From assembly GCA_039931675.1 (NCBI GenBank), contig JBDTRM010000260.1, positions 10,620 to 74,619 of the forward strand: 64,000 nucleotides of DNA, in the 5' to 3' direction. Under the pieces are notes generated by a model that had not been told where the DNA came from, searched no databases, and saw only the letters and a program-made list of their open reading frames with translations. Source of the DNA: Bacteroidia bacterium. GTDB taxonomy: Bacteria; Bacteroidota; Bacteroidia; AKYH767-A; OLB10. This document shows positions 29,201 to 38,301 of the stretch, in pieces. How positions within the stretch are numbered: the first letter of the stretch is position 1; the number at the start of each line of letters is the position of its first letter. The translations under genes were made by a program, and so were the position numbers.

Positions 29201-30863
29201 CGGTTCCATTAAAAGCAACTTCGGGCATCTTACAGCAGCAGCAGGAGTTGCAGGATTAATAAAAACAGCACTTGCATTAAAGCATAAAATTATCCCCGCT
29301 TCAATAAATTATTCAAATCCAAATCCTGCTATTGATTTTGCCAACTCTCCTTTTTATGTTAACACAAGTTCAGCCGATTGGAAAGCAAGAAAATTTCCGA
29401 GGCGTGCAGGTGTAAGCGCTTTTGGTTTGGGCGGTACTAATGCACATGTTATTTTAGAAGAAGCGCCTGAAATAAATCAGCCCGCTTTTGATTCAAAGCA
29501 GCCGCAGCTATTAATACTCTCTGCTAAAACGCAGGAAGCATTAACAGAAAGTGCAAGCAATTTGGTTAAGTACCTGGAAAAAAATCAGGAGAACGGGGAA
29601 ATGAATCTTGCAGATGTTGCATACTCACTGCAAACAGGTCGCAAGTCTTTCAATCATAAAAAAATTGTTGTTGCCTGCGATGTTGATGAAGCCATTGAAC
29701 TTTTGCAATCACCAGATCAGGGAAAAACTTTTTCAAAAATCACTGATGGAAATGCTGCTGAGGTTATATTGATATTCCCACAACAAAGTGATTATTATCC
29801 AAACTTATGTTTGGAATTGTATGAGAACGAAAATGTTTTTCGTGATGCAGTTAATGAATGTTGCGAACTACTTCAACCATTGATCGGGGAAGATTTGGGC
29901 AACATATTATTCTCCCCAAAAGATAATGATGACACTGCAAAGGTTTCATTGAAAAAAACTCAATACCTGCAACCGGCATCATTCATCATCAACTATGCAT
30001 CGGCAAAATTGTTTATGAGTGCGGGCCTTATTCCCAAAGCATTGCTGGGCGATGGAATTGGCGAATTGGTTGCAGCCTGTATTTCGGAGGTGATGAGTTT
30101 GAATGATGCTTTGAAATTAGTTGCGGCTTACTCAAAAATAAACACCTCGCAAACTAATAATCCAATGTTATCTGAAATTGTAAAAACTGTTCAACTTCAT
30201 AAGCCGCAAATTCCAGTTCTATCATCTGTTGATGCAGAACCCCTGAGCATTTCTGAGGCAACTGATCCAATGTATTGGACAAGACAAAATGTAACGAATA
30301 GTTTTTCTGATTGTATTCAAACATTGTGGAAAGAAAATCCAAACTATGTATTGCTGGTATGCGCACCTGATGTATCAACTTTTTCACAATCAGTAATCAA
30401 TAAAAAACAATTGGTAATTTCTTTGTTCAACAATGATCCAAATGAAAATAATGACCGCACTTCGCTGCTTATGGCTCTCGGTCAGTTATGGATGAATAGT
30501 GTTTCGATAGACTGGAAAAAAATTGATAGCAACCAAACAAGAATGAAAATTCCGCTGCCAACTTATCCGTTTGATCGTAAACGTTATTGGATAGATCCAC
30601 CTGCTGTTAGTGAAGAGGTAATTGTCAAGGGGCAAGAGGCAATTGTCAAGGGGCAAGAGGCAACAGATGAGGTTATTCAACCAGGGCAAGAGATTGCTGT
30701 GACAGAAAATCAACCGGTAAATCTTACTGGCGAAAACATGATGCTTGCTTTATTGATGCAGCAAATGCAATTGCAGCAACAGCTTATTACCATGATGATG
30801 TTAGAGAATAAAGCAGTTTCGCCAGACGCACCGGATAAACTGAGCGCACTCCATGTAAATTAA
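26292..30863 (+). CDS. Hybrid NRPS/type I PKS: A - PCP - KS - degenerate AT
   Basis: A domain YVLFTSGSTGVPKG, YGPTE, YKTGD, KIRGYRIE; PCP FFDLGGNSL; KS TACSTSL, EAHGTAT, KSNFGH; AT motif altered to GDGIGE; LPTYPF post-AT linker. Confidence 0.93.
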   Translation: MTGSPIVDVTPTSNVVQFFDEQRAKTPMAPAIQFHDKVLTYDELNEAANRLANFLIEKNIGKNNLVGLCLERSLALGIGVLGILKSGAAYIPFDSEYPADRISNMLQTAKCDIIITQQNFLGLFKDSNCRVFAWEDAAEKINQQSAMNPEVAITKDDLLYVLFTSGSTGVPKGVAMRHEPLVNLMRWQKKEGVLVEPARTLQYCSINFDVSFQEILTCWSTGGCLYIIDDILRYNPLMLLKFIEANKIERLFLVFSSLQQLCQVAVENKIFPSSLKDIITGGEQLEITPHIISFFENIEGCVLHNHYGPTETNVVTTYTFKGNPSQWNSLPPIGKPIANDLVYILDENLYPVKHGNEGELYVGGVCLARGYVNRDDLTRKHFIKDPFSDSRNARMYKTGDLVKVLTDGNIQYTGRKDEQVKIRGYRIELAEVELAISSSEDFKQVVVVMREDQPGLKRLVAYIDPGVNSKININNLRKKISGKLPDYMIPSAFVFLEKFPRMASGKIDRRNLPVPEIKRPEISTSYIAPVTATEKEIAKIWSELLLIDKTGVNDNFFDLGGNSLLAVQFITRYAKQAGIDIPIVKLYEHSSIKELCDHLQDKSTPLNVLEKAIERKVLAGAGRGHENKTIEDGIAIIGMSGRFPGARNVEELWNNLLNGVESTSFFKPGDIDPYVDDETKNDPNYIGARGIMDDADKFDAGFFGMNPRVAEITDPQQRIFLELAWEALEHAGYAADSHRGLVGTFAGAGYNSYYINNVLSRKDVMNRVGSFQAILSNEKDYLATLTSYLLDLKGPAMSIHTACSTSLVAVIEAVKSLRGFECDLAIAGGIAITSPVKSGHIYSEGSLYSKDGHTRSFSADATGTTFSDGGGIVVLKRYKDALKDGDQVYAVLRGVGINNDGHDKASFTAPSVQGQASVIATAQADAGIDAETISYIEAHGTATPIGDPIEVEALTNAFRSQTQEKQFCAIGSIKSNFGHLTAAAGVAGLIKTALALKHKIIPASINYSNPNPAIDFANSPFYVNTSSADWKARKFPRRAGVSAFGLGGTNAHVILEEAPEINQPAFDSKQPQLLILSAKTQEALTESASNLVKYLEKNQENGEMNLADVAYSLQTGRKSFNHKKIVVACDVDEAIELLQSPDQGKTFSKITDGNAAEVILIFPQQSDYYPNLCLELYENENVFRDAVNECCELLQPLIGEDLGNILFSPKDNDDTAKVSLKKTQYLQPASFIINYASAKLFMSAGLIPKALLGDGIGELVAACISEVMSLNDALKLVAAYSKINTSQTNNPMLSEIVKTVQLHKPQIPVLSSVDAEPLSISEATDPMYWTRQNVTNSFSDCIQTLWKENPNYVLLVCAPDVSTFSQSVINKKQLVISLFNNDPNENNDRTSLLMALGQLWMNSVSIDWKKIDSNQTRMKIPLPTYPFDRKRYWIDPPAVSEEVIVKGQEAIVKGQEATDEVIQPGQEIAVTENQPVNLTGENMMLALLMQQMQLQQQLITMMMLENKAVSPDAPDKLSALHVN

Positions 30864-30977
30864 TGCGAACCTGCTAAAAGGGAACTCCTGAAAAAGATCA
30901 AAATAAATTATGTTTAAAAAATAAATTGACGCTTATTTGCAATCAACAAAACGAATAACAATTAAATCCCCCAAAAA

Positions 30978-32186
30978 TTGATTGTGATTAAAGTGTTACA
31001 TCTTTTCGGTGCCTACCTGAATACTACTGAAAACTGGGCTTACAGGCTTATGGACAGCCTTAATAGCTGCAAAATATATATAGGTTCCGCTATTTTTCTC
31101 AGGCACAATTTTTATAGCAGCAAGTTTACTTTCATTCCTAACCCGCTCGACAGTGTTACACAGCACGTGCTCGAATATAAACGCGGTACAGCTATATCAT
31201 TTTATAAAAATTCGCTGCTTAAAATAACCCGTTTTTTTTTCGGAAGCTATACTCATCATCTTTTAAAAACTGCAGGTAAGGAGAACATACAATTAATTCA
31301 TTCTCATTTTTCTTTTGTGGGATATGAATATCTTCCTTTATCCCGAAAACTCAACATTCCTCATCTTGTTTCGTTTTATGGATTTGATTACGAATGGCTG
31401 CCTTATAATTTTCCGGAGTGGAATAAAAAATATAAGAAGCTTTTCAACGAAGCGGATTTATTTATATGCGAAGGAAATTACAGCGCCATGCGGTTGCAAA
31501 GCATCGGCTGCAATAGTTCAAAAATAAGGGTGGTGAGGCTGGGTGTTAATCCTGAAAAAATTGTTTACCACCCGCGAAAGAAAAATCCGGGTGAATTAAA
31601 ACTGCTGCAGGTTGCTGCATTCAATGCCAAGAAGGGGCATAGGCATGCAGTTGAGGCTTTTGCCGCGGCACTTGAAAGTTGCCCCAATATGACCATGACA
31701 TTTGTTGGTAAAGATGGGATGGACAACATAGAGCAACTCACTAAAGAATTGGTAGCAGAGTTAAAGCTCGAGGACAAAATATTTTTTGAAGGGTTGATTG
31801 ATTTTGAAAAGCTGCATGATTTTATGCATGATTACCAGGTTTTTATTCACCCGAGTTGCCATACACCAAAAAAAGATTGCGAAGGAGGAGCGCCTGTGGT
31901 GTTGCTTGATGCACAGGCTACGGGAATGCCTGTAATAAGCACTAACCATTGTGATATACCTGATGAAGTAATTCAGAATTCAACAGGTTTGCTTGCTGAT
32001 GAGTTTGATGTGGAAGCGCTTGCAAAACATATCTCGCATTTTTACAACATGGGGCAGCAGGAGTTTGATGGATTTGCAAAAAATGCACGTGAGCACATAG
32101 AGAAGAATTATGACATCAGTAAAAATGCATTAGTGCTTGAAGATATTTATCACGAAGCTTTGCAAAAGAGAAAGAATGTTGAATGA
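30978..32186 (+). CDS. Glycosyltransferase family 4 (WcaL-like)
   Basis: HSHF, VSFYGFD, KKGH, DCEGGAPVVLLDAQATGMPVIST. Start is TTG 30978 or GTG 30984. Confidence 0.9.
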   Translation: MIVIKVLHLFGAYLNTTENWAYRLMDSLNSCKIYIGSAIFLRHNFYSSKFTFIPNPLDSVTQHVLEYKRGTAISFYKNSLLKITRFFFGSYTHHLLKTAGKENIQLIHSHFSFVGYEYLPLSRKLNIPHLVSFYGFDYEWLPYNFPEWNKKYKKLFNEADLFICEGNYSAMRLQSIGCNSSKIRVVRLGVNPEKIVYHPRKKNPGELKLLQVAAFNAKKGHRHAVEAFAAALESCPNMTMTFVGKDGMDNIEQLTKELVAELKLEDKIFFEGLIDFEKLHDFMHDYQVFIHPSCHTPKKDCEGGAPVVLLDAQATGMPVISTNHCDIPDEVIQNSTGLLADEFDVEALAKHISHFYNMGQQEFDGFAKNAREHIEKNYDISKNALVLEDIYHEALQKRKNVE

Positions 32187-32388
32187 TGAATGATAAATAA
32201 TGAATGTTGAAGTTTGCACATCCTAATTTATTCTCCCGATAACTACCGGAGTCAAAATTCATTATTTGTTTTCATTGCCTTCAACATTCAAAGTTCAACA
32301 TTCAACATTCGTCATTCCTCTGATTCATTTTTTGTTTTCATTGCCTTCAACATTCAATATTCATCATTCATCATTCATCATTCAACAT
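32175..32388. repeat. Inverted heptamer arrays (GAATGAT/ATCATTC) with a duplicated right arm and a degenerate 18-bp palindrome
   Basis: GAATGTT GAATGAT...GAAGT; two copies of TTTGTTTTCATTGCCTTCAACATTCAA; TCCCGATAACTACCGGAG at 32234. Confidence 0.8.
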
Positions 32389-32394
32389 TATCTA

Positions 32395-33123
32395 ATGCAA
32401 CAAACCGAAGGCGATCTTTTTATAAATAAATATCCTTACAAAAGGATTTATCACAACAAGCTTATTACTTTTATCAATAAGGTTTTGTTCTTTTTGAGAA
32501 TACGTTACCAGTTGCAGCCCCTGCCCAATCCCATGATTGAAATGAATACTATAGAGCAGCGCATCAATTTTTTTCATTTGCTTAAATCTGTTTTAGATTT
32601 TAAAGTGCCGGGCGATATTATAGAGTTTGGATGCTACACCGGGCAGTGCGCCACATTGTTTCAAAAAGTAATTGCTGATTATGACCCTGATCGAAAGTTG
32701 TTGCTGTTCGATAGTTTTGAAGCAAAGTTTACTGATAATATTAATGTAGAAAAAGAACTCGAACTTAATTTTGAACGCGCTCATTTGAATAAACCAATTT
32801 TGATTAAAGGAAGATTTGAAGCAACAGTTCCGCAAAAGCTACCCATCCAAATCGCATTTGCACACATTGATTGCGGTGGAGGACATGAAGTGGAAGATCA
32901 CAAAAAGCTAATCCTGTTTTTGCTTAATCATATTTACCCACGGCTTACCGCTGGGGCTATAGTTTTTTTTATGGATTATACCGATAAGGAAAAGGGACAT
33001 GATGTTACAGAATACTATCCTGGTGTAAAACAAGCCTGCGATGTTTTTTTTGCTGATAAGCCTGAATCAGTTATCCCGCTTTATGGGAATCAATTGCCTG
33101 CCGGGTATGTGAGGAAGGTGTGA
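32395..33123 (+). CDS. TylF/MycF/NovP-family O-methyltransferase
   Basis: VPGDIIEFGCYTG, LFDSFE, IKGRF, FAHIDC, PGVKQACD. Start moved to ATG 32395 because the upstream part is translated repeat. Confidence 0.85.
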   Translation: MQQTEGDLFINKYPYKRIYHNKLITFINKVLFFLRIRYQLQPLPNPMIEMNTIEQRINFFHLLKSVLDFKVPGDIIEFGCYTGQCATLFQKVIADYDPDRKLLLFDSFEAKFTDNINVEKELELNFERAHLNKPILIKGRFEATVPQKLPIQIAFAHIDCGGGHEVEDHKKLILFLLNHIYPRLTAGAIVFFMDYTDKEKGHDVTEYYPGVKQACDVFFADKPESVIPLYGNQLPAGYVRKV

Positions 33124-33183
33124 TTACTCTGTAGAGCAGCAGGGGGGTAATGTGACTCCGGGGCTAAAACTTTATACCTAATG

Positions 33184-34704
33184 TTACTCCTTAATAAACT
33201 TACCTACTAAGTTTTCTCTTTCTGTTATTAAGCTAACAATGTACATACCTTTAGAAAACAAAGTACAATCAACATCCTCTGTCAAGTAAGGCGGATTTGT
33301 TTTTGATAAAGAAGAAAAGACAATTCTTCCATTCATATCAAAAATTTTAAGCATTGCATTTTTACCTTTTATGTTTTGTGCATTCACAAAAAGTTTCTGC
33401 CACGCTGAATGATAAAACAGATGTAATTGATTCTTGTTAATTGCAGGTTGCCAACTGCTTGCTGATATTATAGTATCGCAAACACTGCCACTATCTGGAC
33501 CTAAATCATAATCAGGATTATTGGGCAAGCCCCAGTAAGTTCGCTTACCTCCAAGATAAAAACTATAAGGCAAAAAATTACATGCTGCGCCTAAACTATC
33601 AGGTGTATTGATTACAGAAAGGTTCATGTTATACATATTATAAATGCTATCTGCATAAGGGTACATAGGTGCAGTTAGCGGCACATAAGCACAGGTAAAA
33701 TAAATTTTATAATCAGGTGCTCTGCGTAAATGACCTGCTCCATAAATGGGGGAGCTTTGTGTCCATAATGTATCTACACTTGCTGCAATGTTGGGCGCTG
33801 TTAAATCATATTGGAATAAATAAGAGGTGGTGCTTACTTGATAACTTACATAAAGTACATTGCCAGACGGTGAAAGTGCAGAACCAAAATAAAAATTAAA
33901 TCCCGTAGGTGGTATTTGTTTGATAGTTACAGGATTAGATATAATACCTGTGCAACGGTCGAAATCATACTTTTCAATCAGCCCTTCCCAATTGGTATAA
34001 ACAATTTTTTTACCATCTTTTGTAAATGCAATATTACCACCACCGCTTGTAATTAGCGAACCAACATTTTGAATGGTGTAATTTGTAATACCGTTAGGAG
34101 TGATAAGATACGAATGAAATTCATTATTGGGGGTATTGCCTATGCCATCCCACCGCCTGAAAAACAACCACCAATCTCTGCCATTGCCGTGCTTTACAGC
34201 ATTTAAACAATCAACTTGTGGAAAACTTTGCAATTGAATATTTTTTTGAGTTACTCCGCCAAGACCGCTGTTAAGCTGTATATTAACAATACTATAATAC
34301 AATCCGAAAATAGCAGTATTAACAACGTCAGCACATATTACATAACATTGATTACTATCATTTGGAAATGGGATAATTAGCAATTCATTATACCAACCTT
34401 CGCCCACCAGACTATCACCACCCGTCATAATAATATTATTTTTATTATAAACTTTCGCTCCTTTAATAGTTGATGCAAGCAATGCGGATGTATCGTCAGC
34501 AACATAAAATTGAAGCATTCCGTTTTTATCAGCAATGGATGCGCAACTTCCTCTTGAAACAACAGCAGAAGTAAATGTATCTATTTGAGAGTTTATAAAT
34601 TTTAAGCCTGCTTGATGACCGAAGCACCATACTACATTTCTTTTTTGGGCAAAACCACCAAATGAAATGAGAATTAGAAATAAAATAATATGAATGTACT
34701 TCAT
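33184..34704 (-). CDS. T9SS cargo, probable beta-propeller protein
   Basis: Signal peptide, WCFG, HGNGRDWW, FDRCTG, GLPNNP; CTD IFDMNGRIV...KGMYIV...KFIKE. Confidence 0.8.
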   Translation of the reverse strand: MKYIHIILFLILISFGGFAQKRNVVWCFGHQAGLKFINSQIDTFTSAVVSRGSCASIADKNGMLQFYVADDTSALLASTIKGAKVYNKNNIIMTGGDSLVGEGWYNELLIIPFPNDSNQCYVICADVVNTAIFGLYYSIVNIQLNSGLGGVTQKNIQLQSFPQVDCLNAVKHGNGRDWWLFFRRWDGIGNTPNNEFHSYLITPNGITNYTIQNVGSLITSGGGNIAFTKDGKKIVYTNWEGLIEKYDFDRCTGIISNPVTIKQIPPTGFNFYFGSALSPSGNVLYVSYQVSTTSYLFQYDLTAPNIAASVDTLWTQSSPIYGAGHLRRAPDYKIYFTCAYVPLTAPMYPYADSIYNMYNMNLSVINTPDSLGAACNFLPYSFYLGGKRTYWGLPNNPDYDLGPDSGSVCDTIISASSWQPAINKNQLHLFYHSAWQKLFVNAQNIKGKNAMLKIFDMNGRIVFSSLSKTNPPYLTEDVDCTLFSKGMYIVSLITERENLVGKFIKE

Positions 34705-34837
34705 GGATTAAAAATATTCAAGGCTTCACAACTGGAAGCCTCTTGTGTGATTATCGTAAATAAATGCAACCGATGCTAAATGCAAAAATAGAATTCAATT
34801 TTTCTTTTAATCAAGTTTAACTTCTATTTTAAGTTTT

Positions 34838-36607
34838 TCACATTATCCTTTCCAGCAACTCCTCATAACTATGCACACCGCCAATGGTTCCGTTCTTTAA
34901 TTCATAAATTCGGTTGCAGTTTTTTAATGTGGTGATACGGTGGGCTATAACAAAAATGGTTTTGTTGGTATCAGAAAGCTTATCTATCGCTTCGGTTACT
35001 TCAGCTTCGGTTTCATTATCGAGTGCAGAGGTGGCTTCGTCAAACACTAATATTTCAGCATCTCGGTATAATGCACGCGCTATACCAATGCGCTGCCGCT
35101 GTCCCCCGCTCAGGCGGCTTCCTTTTTCGCCCACTTCGCTGTTAACGCCATCGGGTAATGATTTTACAAGATCGCTCAACGATGCCTGTGTTACAGCGCG
35201 CCATAATCTTTCTTCGTTTACTTCGCTATCACCAAAAGCAATATTTTCTTTTATGCTTCCATCTAAAATAAAAATATCCTGCTTAACATATCCTATATGC
35301 CTGCGCCAGTTTCTTAAGTTGTTGTCATTAAGTTTAACACCATCCACCAAAATTTCACCGCTCTCTTCTTCAATAAATCTCAGTAGTAAATTTATGAGGG
35401 TTGTTTTACCCGAACCTGATGGGCCAACAAAGCCAACCTTCTCGCCTTTTTTTATGTTGAGATTAATATTCTTTAAAACATATTGCCCCTCACCGGGGAA
35501 ACGATAACTGATATTTTTAAATTCAATAGTATGGTTAAATTCAATTGGCAAATCTTCAATAACAGGCTTGCGGCCCGGTATGGCTTCTTTATAATAATTA
35601 AGATTTGCCACACTGCTCTGGCTTCGCTTTATGTACATAAGATTGCCAACGATGCGGTTCATAGAAGGCATTAAACGGTAAGCGGCAGCGGCAAATAAAC
35701 CTACCAGCAAAACTGCACTGCTTATATTACTTGCAGAAATAAAAAGTATGTAAACAAATATTACCACTATGCCCAGCATGGCTACAATCTCATAACCACG
35801 CATGGGCACCAAACCTAAGAAGGCGCTCTTTTGTGTTAGGTCATGGTATTTACTCACATGTTCCATATACTCCTGCCTGAAGTCATTTTCCTTGCCTGCA
35901 AGTTTTACATCTGTATATCCGTAAACTGAATTGTTGAGCGAAGCATAAACTTTAGGAATTACTTTATCCAATTCGCGGCCATGCACGCTGCTTTTGTTTT
36001 TAAGCGAATAGTAAATAAGCCAGGTAGCCGGTCCCACCGTGGCTAGTATGCACATAAACAAAGTAAAGTTGAAAAGGATGATGGAAATTACCATGATCAA
36101 CACAATCACACCTTCAGAAAAAATGATGATGAGCGGGTTAATAATCCATGCCATATACGATGACGGGTTAATAAAAACATGCATCGTAATGATGGATGAT
36201 TTTATATTGGTAAAGTCAGTATAAGAAAGTGAGTAATATTTATCGTACTGGTTTTTGGTAATGTAGATGGCAACTTCAGTAGTGTAGCGTGCAAGTATCC
36301 AGCTTACAAATAATCCGAATATCGTCTTGAGAATATAAAAAACCAAAACCGATAACACGATAAATAAAATGAATGTATTTACGGATGTGAAACCAAGCCA
36401 ATGATAAATATCCCCCATGTAATATTTATTATCTGCAACCACTAAAGGGTCGGAAGCAATTTTAATAATGGGCAAAATCAATCCGAGGCCGAACACATCA
36501 AGAACACCTTGCACGAAAATCAACCCGGCCAGCCATACCATTTTTCTTTTCTGGCCCGTGCTCAGGTGCTCTTTTATGCTTTGAATAGTTTCCTGGTATG
36601 TTGTCAT
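34838..36607 (-). CDS. ABC exporter, fused TMD-NBD (PglK/MsbA-like, glycan-locus type)
   Basis: TM helices, YRLMPS, GPSGSGKT, LSGGQRQRIGIARA, DEATSALD, AHR. Confidence 0.9.
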   Translation of the reverse strand: MTTYQETIQSIKEHLSTGQKRKMVWLAGLIFVQGVLDVFGLGLILPIIKIASDPLVVADNKYYMGDIYHWLGFTSVNTFILFIVLSVLVFYILKTIFGLFVSWILARYTTEVAIYITKNQYDKYYSLSYTDFTNIKSSIITMHVFINPSSYMAWIINPLIIIFSEGVIVLIMVISIILFNFTLFMCILATVGPATWLIYYSLKNKSSVHGRELDKVIPKVYASLNNSVYGYTDVKLAGKENDFRQEYMEHVSKYHDLTQKSAFLGLVPMRGYEIVAMLGIVVIFVYILFISASNISSAVLLVGLFAAAAYRLMPSMNRIVGNLMYIKRSQSSVANLNYYKEAIPGRKPVIEDLPIEFNHTIEFKNISYRFPGEGQYVLKNINLNIKKGEKVGFVGPSGSGKTTLINLLLRFIEEESGEILVDGVKLNDNNLRNWRRHIGYVKQDIFILDGSIKENIAFGDSEVNEERLWRAVTQASLSDLVKSLPDGVNSEVGEKGSRLSGGQRQRIGIARALYRDAEILVFDEATSALDNETEAEVTEAIDKLSDTNKTIFVIAHRITTLKNCNRIYELKNGTIGGVHSYEELLERIM

Positions 36608-36871
36608 TTATTCCCTTTACTACTTTAACTTGCGGGGGAGGCAATTTAATTGTTTGTGATTTGTAAATTGAAAAATGAAAGGTAAGTTACAGCATCAAAG
36701 TTCCATCTCTTTTTAAAATGCAAAGTTGTGAAACCATTTCAAATAAAAAATTTTAAAAAAAAGGTGCAGGGTTTAAACATGTTTTGTTAATGCTGTTATG
36801 TCTTTATTATATAAAAATGGGATAAATTATAACACCTTTAAACCTTATCCCGATGGCTATCGGGAGAATCC

Positions 36872-36991
36872 AAACCTTAGTAGAAAACCAATAGCAAAAT
36901 CAAGACCTCCCGACCAATCTGGAACCTTATTTTCTCAGAAAAATAAGGTAATAAGGTTGTTATTGAGGGCAGTATATTTCTACTAAGGTTT
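36872..36991. repeat. 120-bp element with perfect 15-bp terminal inverted repeats
   Basis: AAACCTTAGTAGAAA (36872-36886) and TTTCTACTAAGGTTT (36977-36991). Confidence 0.8.
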
Positions 36992-37078
36992 TTTATTCGC
37001 ACCGGAATTTTCAGAGCAATTAATAGTACTTTTTTATTCCATTTTTAATATAATAATCAGAAACCTACACTACTATCA

Positions 37079-37117
37079 ATAACATTCACAATATAGGTTG
37101 GTTAATAGCTGGTGGTG
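37079..37117 (+). repeat. att-like direct repeat, copy 1
   Basis: ATAACATTCACAATATAGGTTGGTTAATAGCTGGTGGTG; 32/39 identical to 38053-38091 and 20/22 identical to 41961-41982. Confidence 0.75.
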
Positions 37118-37127
37118 CAAAGCCGCG

Positions 37128-37964
37128 TTATATTTTTACAATTTCAACTCTTCTGTTCTTCGCTTTCCCGTCTTCGGTGTCATTATCAGCAACAGGTTTT
37201 GTTTGGCCCCAGCCTTTTGCAGAAAGCCGGCTCTTGTCAATACCTTTTGCAATCAAAGCATTCATTACTGATTTAGCCCGGCTTTCAGATAGCGTTTGAT
37301 TTGATGCCGGTGTGCCCACATTGTCCGTATGTCCGTTAATGCTGATTTTTAAAGTTGGATTTGCTTTTAGCATTTCGGTAATCTGATCAATTATGTTTTG
37401 CGATTCGGGTTTAATATCAGCCTTGCCTGTTTCGAAGTTAATATAAAGCGCAACAGAACCCGTTTTATTGAGAGCTTCCAGCATTTCGCCTGCTACAATA
37501 TCCTGCTTCATTGCTTCTATTTCCAAAATGGCCAACAAAAAATTTCCCTTCTTTCCTCCACCATAATCAGTAAGCACCACCCAAACATCCTTGCCTGCCG
37601 ATTTGGTGAAGAGAGTGGCAGTTCCAGCTTCGTTATTATAATAAATCCTTTTACCACCGGTTTTCATCATTGCATTTTCAAAATTCTTTACAATCTGAAA
37701 AAAAGAAGGGGCTGTTGCTTCCTCAAGATTATAATTGTATTGAATGGTTGTTTTGGTGCCTTCTTTCTTTACCGTATTTTCAGCACTCATTGCGATTTCC
37801 ATTTCATCATAATTTGACGAACATTCAGCAATTACGGTATTTGGCATGCGATTGAACATGGGACTGTCTTTGCAGCCGGGTGCATCTGTTGGTACATCAT
37901 CCTGCGCGAATGCACGAACTAAAAATATTGACATTAGAATAATTGTTGTAATTACTTTTTTCAT
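37128..37964 (-). CDS. OmpA-family peptidoglycan-binding protein
   Basis: Signal peptide MKKVITT; INFETGKA, GHTDNVG, NQTLSESRA, KNRRVEI. Confidence 0.92.
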   Translation of the reverse strand: MKKVITTIILMSIFLVRAFAQDDVPTDAPGCKDSPMFNRMPNTVIAECSSNYDEMEIAMSAENTVKKEGTKTTIQYNYNLEEATAPSFFQIVKNFENAMMKTGGKRIYYNNEAGTATLFTKSAGKDVWVVLTDYGGGKKGNFLLAILEIEAMKQDIVAGEMLEALNKTGSVALYINFETGKADIKPESQNIIDQITEMLKANPTLKISINGHTDNVGTPASNQTLSESRAKSVMNALIAKGIDKSRLSAKGWGQTKPVADNDTEDGKAKNRRVEIVKI

Positions 37965-38052
37965 GATAGTTATTTTTTTAAAATTATTTGAGATGAAATA
38001 TTTCAATGCTTTTTAATTTTATTAAATGAGGTCTCCCTGAGAAAAACCATCT

Positions 38053-38091
38053 ATAACTTTTACGCTATAGGTTGGTTAACAGCAGGTGGCG
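38053..38091 (+). repeat. att-like direct repeat, copy 2
   Basis: ATAACTTTTACGCTATAGGTTGGTTAACAGCAGGTGGCG. Confidence 0.75.
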
Positions 38092-38301
38092 TGTTAAATA
38101 TTTAATTCAGTAAATATAAAAACAAAACAATATGCATCGCAGTGATAAATAATTGATAAAAGGAGAGGTAATGAAAGTGTTTTTTATCGCTGCGTTGAGT
38201 AATTTTGTTTAATTAGTTAGCTCAATGGTGGTTGAACATCTGACAAAAAAAATGAAAGTTCAGAAGCCTTCATTTACCTGAATTTCTTTTTTAATATTTT
38301 T

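Noticed and set aside
32214-32394. Repeat-derived N-terminal extensions in the ORF track (TylF, ftsW, nadE, ABC 58208, 40288, 55620)
   Set aside because: The extensions are translated repeats or leader DNA; downstream ATGs match family N-termini or signal peptides.
38213-38270. tRNA-like stretch (TTAGCTCAATGGTGGTTGAACATCTGAC...TCAGA)
   Set aside because: It resembles a D arm and anticodon stem but has no T arm (GTTCRA) or acceptor stem; at most a remnant or a chance match.
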